The translations under genes and the position numbers were made by a program. This document shows positions 25,656 to 31,026 of a stretch of 31,026 nt of DNA, piece after piece; the stretch's first letter is position 1, and each line of letters opens with the position of its first letter. The stretch is from Tubiluchus corallicola. Lineage: Eukaryota > Animalia > Priapulida. The notes beneath the pieces were generated by a model that worked only from the letters and a program-made list of their open reading frames with translations, was not told the origin of the DNA and searched no databases. The DNA lies in the NCBI GenBank assembly GCA_030141605.1, contig JAQGDQ010001644.1, positions 1 to 31,026 on the forward strand, written 5' to 3'.

Positions 25656-27692
25656 AACTGTTGGCAATTGACAAAAACTTCAATGAATTTCCATCAAAGA
25701 GGAGATCAGATAAATCCAACTGATCCAAACTAAACTTACGACAATTGCAGACAGTTTCAAACGGGCAAGGTATACTTGCTTCGATTTAATCACTATCTGT
25801 TAATAACAGACGCGGTGACACTGGCATTGAAACCGTGCCGGCACCAGCATGGTATGTGCAATGCAGCGACATCTACTGATAAAAAGGAGGCATTGTTTTC
25901 GTCTTCCTTTGCGAAGTAATTTGATTATACTCCATTGTTCATTTGTATATATACATATATATAAACTATATTTGTTTTCAGTAGATTTACAACACAGTAA
26001 CTATTACTGATCACAGTATTTTCACTATGTGGAGTGAAGAAATATACAATTAGTTACTTCGAGTATGTAATAACGCAAAACAGTTAATCCAAAAATACGA
26101 CTAGTTCATTAGTTAATACTTAATTAAAATTTACAAAACCCATGCAGCAGATACGATAACAGAAACGATTCTCGATGTACATAAGCCTATAAGCCCATAC
26201 AATAAGTTGTACATTGTAATGTGCAATGTTGCTACTTAATTCAGAAATACAATACATGTGAAATTAATACACTATATGTAGTATTACAGTTATTACAGGA
26301 GTGCGTATAGATTCTAGCAGGTGTTGTTTATTAATGAGTACTTCACTGAAAGACAGTCTACATAATAACCTAAAATGTGATTATAGGCTAGTTAATAAAA
26401 CCAGGTGTGCACAAGAAGCTAGTACGCACGCATGCGTTGCTAGAAAGATTTATTCTGAAAGTAAGGAATACAGAATAAACCAATTTTTTTAAAACTCAGG
26501 GAGCACAGAAAGGCCTCCAATGATAAATTTTCGCGTGACATCAACCAATAGATGCTTTAGTTATAAAGAAGAATTTTGTGTTGAGATTTGTGCTAATTTG
26601 GTTTACAATAAATTGTAAAATAGTAGTATTTCTTAAGAATATTTTTATTGACAAATAAAAGATAGCTATTTCAGTTTATTTAAAGAATTTGCAATAAGTT
26701 TAGCTCAAGCTGCGAAAATGTTGTTAAAATATATCATAAGTAAAAAATATTCAAGACTGGGGAGGGTGAGTTTTAAAACCATGTGATGTAAAGCCAAGTG
26801 TGCAGATGTTTCTGCGTCTAAAATTTTTAAACCTTCACAAAGAATTGCCGCCAAAGAAATGTAGCAGTTTTGCTGGTTTTTCAACTTTGCGTGTAATTTG
26901 TAGCGCAGAGAGTTGATAAAAATGCAGCCTAGCGAGAACTAAACAGATGTGGAACATAATATTTGCACATGCCAATCGCCAGGGCGTTTGACATAGAAAT
27001 CAGAAGCGTGGAGACACATCATTGAAGAGGTAAATAGTTGGAATGTGGAGAAATGAAAGTAATACCTGGCCGCGTGGAGCAATGCACTCTTGATCTGGCA
27101 AAGAACCAAAAATGTACTAAAAATCAAGTGCAGGAACTTGCTTTTCTGTAAGGGCAGTGATTATGTTCAAGTTTTGAGTGTTATGGCGCCGAATGGTAAC
27201 CATCATAATCCTAACACTCGCATTGGATTAATTTATTCACCTTCGCGAGTCTGGCATCTCTCCAGATTTGAGAAAAAAACTTTCAGATTAAAACTTCTTA
27301 ACAAAAGAGAAACTAATGCAACGCATGCGTACTGGTTTGTTGTACGCCTTTGGTTTTATTAACTAGACTTCTTGAGACAAACGAACAAAGGAGTAAAATT
27401 GGAACCTATCAAATTATTTCGCAAGTGGGCGCATGATTAAAGAAAGACGAAAACAATGCCTCCTTTTTATCAGTAGATGTCGCTGCATTGCACATACCAT
27501 GCTGGTGCCGGCACTGTTTCAATGCCAGTGTCACCGCGTCTGTTATTACTGATAGTGATTAAATCGAAGCAAGTATACCTTGCCCGTTTGAAACCGTCTG
27601 CAATTGTCGTAAGTTTAATTTGCATTAGTTGCATTTACCCAATCTCCTCTTTGTTGGAAATTCGTCGAAGTTTTTGCAATTTGTTAGCAGTT
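25656..27692. repeat. Inverted repeat pair, arms ~25656-25945 and ~27380-27692
   Basis: The reverse complement of ~25732-25910 is nearly identical to ~27439-27618 (a handful of differences); the flanking parts are clearly more diverged. Confidence 0.93.
26500..26755 (-). mobile_element. MITE family C, partial inverted copy
   Basis: GTGCTAATTTGGTTT, GTATTTCTTAAGAATATTTTTATTGACAAA and TTTATTTAAAGAATTTGCAATAAG are reverse complements of blocks in 24050-24255. Confidence 0.82.
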
Positions 27693-28118
27693 CATAAACC
27701 TCTACAATTCATTTATACAGGCATTCCAAACTTGGATCAGTGTCTGTACTCCACGGTGCCTAGATTTATTGATTTTTCAAACCTCCAAACTGTCAAAACA
27801 TTCAGTCTTTTTGTGAAAATAACTTTAAAGGTGACACATAAGCAGGTTCTTTGTGTAGTCGTCAACAGGTTGTTTATATACCATTATGACGTAGTCAATA
27901 TTGCGTCACAACGGTAAAAAAACTTCTGGTTACCTTGTTAGAATTTTGACAAAAAAAGTGTAACGTAAAATTAGCTTAATGTGCAATTATCCTGAGAAAA
28001 TGTGCAGATGCCATGAGCTCAGCTCTTGAAATTATTCCTGTGGTGAAATAGATCATTTAAGCACAAATGCTCAGTCATGTAGCTGTACACAATTAGATAA
28101 TTTCTTGCAGACATGGTT

Positions 28119-29322
28119 GCCCGGATTATAATCTTTTGATACCCATAAACTAGAGAAATTGTGGGGCCCTCGCCCGTAAGATCTAGAATATTTTTACTCT
28201 TGATATATTTTAGCGACATTTGTATAACTTGAACTAAACTTGTTGAAAATTGTTTAAGTAAATTAGAATAGCTTTTGTTTGTCATTGAAATATTCTTTCA
28301 GAAATACCATTATTTTTCTACTTATTGCAAACTGAATTAGCAGATATTTCAACCCAACCGTAATGTTAAAAACAGATTTTTTTACTAAATGTTATCAAAG
28401 ATTGAGGGACCCTAGTGTTACCTAAGCTTGAGGGACCCTAGTGTTACCTACGTTTGTGGGACCCCAGTGTTACCTATGTTTGAGGGACCCTAGTGTTATC
28501 TAAGCTTGAGGAACCCTAGTATTACCTAAATTGGAGAGACCCTGATGTTACCTAAGTTTGAGGGGCTTGGTGTTAGCAAAGATTGAGGGACCCTAGTGTT
28601 ACCTAAGTTTGAGGGACCCTAGTGTTACTTAAGCTTGAGGTACCCTAGTGTTACTTAAGTCTGAGGTATCTTAGTATTACCTAAGCTTGAGGGACCCTAG
28701 TGTTTCCTATGTTTGAGGGACCCTAGTGTTATCTAAGTTGGAAAGCACCCAGTGTTACCTAAGCTTGATTGATCCTAGTGTTACCTAAGCTTGAGGGACC
28801 CCAGTGTTACCTAAGTTTGAGGTATCCTAGTGTTACCTAAGCTTGAGGGACACTAGTGTTTCCTATGTTTGAGGGACCCTAGTGTTATCTAAGTTTGAAA
28901 GCACCCAGTGTTACCTAAGCTTGATTGATCCTAGTGTTACCTAAGCTTGAGGGACCCCAGTGTTACCTAAGTTTGAGGTATCCTAGTGTTACCTAAGCTT
29001 GAGGGACCCTAGTGTTATCTAAGTTTGAAAGCCCCTAGTGTTACGTAAGCTTGAGGGACCCTAGTGTTACCTAAGTTTGAGGGACCTCAGTGTTACCTAT
29101 GTTTGAGGGATCCTAGTGCTACCTAAGTTTGAGGGACCCTAGTGTTACCTAAGCTTGCGGGACCCTAGTGTTACCTAAGTTTGAGGGACCCTAGTGTTAC
29201 GTAAGCTTGAGGGACCCTAGTGTTACCTATGTTTGAGGGACCCTAGTGTTATCTAAGCTTCAGGGACCCTAGTGTTACGTAAGCTTGAGGGGGCCCTAGG
29301 GTACAGCCTAAACGAATAATCC
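28119..29322 (+). mobile_element. MITE family C copy containing an expanded 26-bp satellite
   Basis: 5' CCGGATTATA and 3' AATAATCC ends. Homology to 23951-24359 on both sides of the array (TTATCAAAG before; AAGCTTGAGG...TACAGCCTA after). Confidence 0.8.
28401..29299. repeat. 26-bp minisatellite, ~35 copies, with a duplicated 6-unit (156-bp) block
   Basis: Unit TTGAGGGACCCTAGTGTTACCTAAGY. Variant TTGATTGATCC at 28765 and 28921 with the same neighbouring variants. Confidence 0.97.
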
Positions 29323-29722
29323 TTCTTTGCTTACATGAATTTTTTCTTACAAGATTATATGCATGAAAATGACTGGTACGAAGCATGTTTTGCATTATGA
29401 AATCAACATCTTTTACCATTTTAAACGTGACTTTCTTTGGGTTTTAAGCCACTGTATGTTGTGTTTTTAGTGATTTGTCTTGTGTTTTTATGTTTTGCAT
29501 CTGGGTGTGTATGTACGACTAAATATGGCTAAGTGTTTAAATACTTTATTAGGTTCTATCGTGATTTTATAGTACAACTGAGAGTTTTTTTTAATTTTGT
29601 ATACACTGCTATGTACTTTTAAATGTATGAAATAAATTTTAAATAAATAATAAAAGTCTTTTAAGACGTGTAATTAAGAATTCCGACAAAGTCTACTAGA
29701 AAAAACAGCTATAATGGGACAG

Positions 29723-30116
29723 TATAGGCCTACTTAAGGTCTACTTATAGGCCTACTTAAGGTCTACTTATAGGCCTACTTAAGGCCTACTTATAGGCCT
29801 ACTTAAGGTGTACTTATAGGCCTACTTAAGGTGTGCTTATAGCCCTACTTAAGGTGTACTTATAGGCCTACTTCAGGTCTACTTATAGGCCTACTTAAGG
29901 TGTACTTATAGGCCTACTTAAGGTCTACTTATAAGCCTACTTAAGGTGTACTTATAGGCCTACTTAAGGTGTACTTAAGGCCTACTTAAGGTATACTTAT
30001 AGGCCTACTTAAGGTATACTTATAGGCCTACTTAAGGTCTACTTATAGGCCTACTTAAGGTGTACTTATAGGCCTACTTAAGGTCTACTTATAGCCCTAC
30101 TTAAGGTCTACTTAAG
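29723..30116. repeat. 23-bp minisatellite (12+11-bp subunits), ~17 copies
   Basis: Unit TATAGGCCTACT-TAAGGTSTACT; contains the palindromes TAGGCCTA and CTTAAG. Confidence 0.97.
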
Positions 30117-30182
30117 TTCCACAGGGAAAACATTCGACCCAAATATGAGCGGAGAGAATTTTGCTTGGTCGTAGTTGAATAC

Positions 30183-30266
30183 CTTCACGTCATTCGGCGG
30201 AGTTGACAGTGCTGCCTGCAGTTCTTCCGCTGCAGACGGGAGGGAATGACAAATGGCGCTTATATA
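30183..30266 (-). promoter_or_regulatory. Candidate TATA promoter and short non-coding first exon
   Basis: Minus-strand TATATAAG (30266-30259) followed by CGCCATTT in locally GC-richer unique DNA; possible donor GAAG|GTATTC at 30183/30182. Confidence 0.22.
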
Positions 30267-30894
30267 TTTTCCACGCGGTGCTTTGTGCGTCTAACTCTTG
30301 TATGCTAACACTTGCTTTAATGACAGCCGGGGGGTAGAAGGGCTTGCAGTAACGGCATGTCGCTTTTCTGACGAGCGCAGATATTCTCATAAAGCACGTG
30401 GTGCGGCATTTTAAAGCCTAGACGGTCCCATTAAGAACATACGCAGACGGCCATTTATTATTTTGCCCAAGTCGAAGGCCAAGCTGATCATTTTTTAAAA
30501 GCGACCTGTTTCTGTAGGTGCTGAACATTCATGCGGTTGACATGGATGAACTGCAGTGAACAGAAACAGTGACAAGCTCATCCATTGTAAACCGTTTACC
30601 ATTATTATGGTGTCAGCTGCTTTGGTCTTGCGCTTGTATTATTGCGGTCTGTTCGCGAAGGCGGCTCGTCTTCCATTCATTTCGTTGCTTCCAAGTCAAT
30701 GATTTGGCATGCGCCGTGCAAGCCCTCGGGCACTTTTTCTCCTCGTGATAATAGTAATTACTCGGCAAAATCCAGGGTTCGCGAAAAACCTCAATGATGT
30801 ATTTGAATAACAGCTGAGACAAACTGAGTGCCAATATGGGATATCTGTTAACTATACTGATACTACTTACACGCGCACTTCGACTGCTCATGCG

Positions 30895-31026
30895 CAACAG
30901 CAGCAACAACGACAACAACATCAACAACAAAAACAACAACACCAGCAACAGCAACAACAATAAGGTCAACAGCAAAAACAACATCAACAACAAAAACAAC
31001 AACAACAACAGCAACAGCAACAACAA
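30895..31026. repeat. (AAC/AGC)n compound trinucleotide tract, runs off window
   Basis: Direct reading; 30935-30983 is the reverse complement of 21631-21679 at 48/49. Confidence 0.96.

Noticed and set aside
24711-30116. 30-, 26- and 23-bp arrays as CRISPR arrays
   Set aside because: Units are head-to-tail with no unique spacers, there are no cas genes, and the context is eukaryotic.

Overview
AT-rich, repeat-dense eukaryotic genomic DNA. It is probably from an invertebrate animal; a marine deuterostome such as an ascidian is plausible, but that is inference only. I cannot confidently call any intact protein-coding gene, and nearly all long ORFs in the track are translations of micro- or minisatellites. 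Main contents: (1) a large foldback-like inverted duplication (arms 1-1479 and 5162-6559; the left arm runs off the window) built from unique DNA, a 13-bp array and a TCCTG satellite, around a loop holding a 1.75-kb (ACT)n tract; (2) several non-autonomous DNA-transposon families: TTAA-flanked Kolobok-like elements, one piggyBac-like MITE, and a GGGCCC-rich MITE with a 26-bp satellite expanded inside one copy; (3) a 3' fragment of a CR1-group LINE and a tRNA-like sequence; (4) tandem arrays with 72, 30, 26 and 23-bp units; (5) four further close inverted-repeat pairs; (6) a compound microsatellite flanked by a 79-bp direct duplication, and trinucleotide tracts that share idiosyncratic interruptions. 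Candidate promoters, exons and a Cys-rich small ORF are reported at low confidence. Coordinates and identities were read by eye, and the edges of diverged repeats are approximate.
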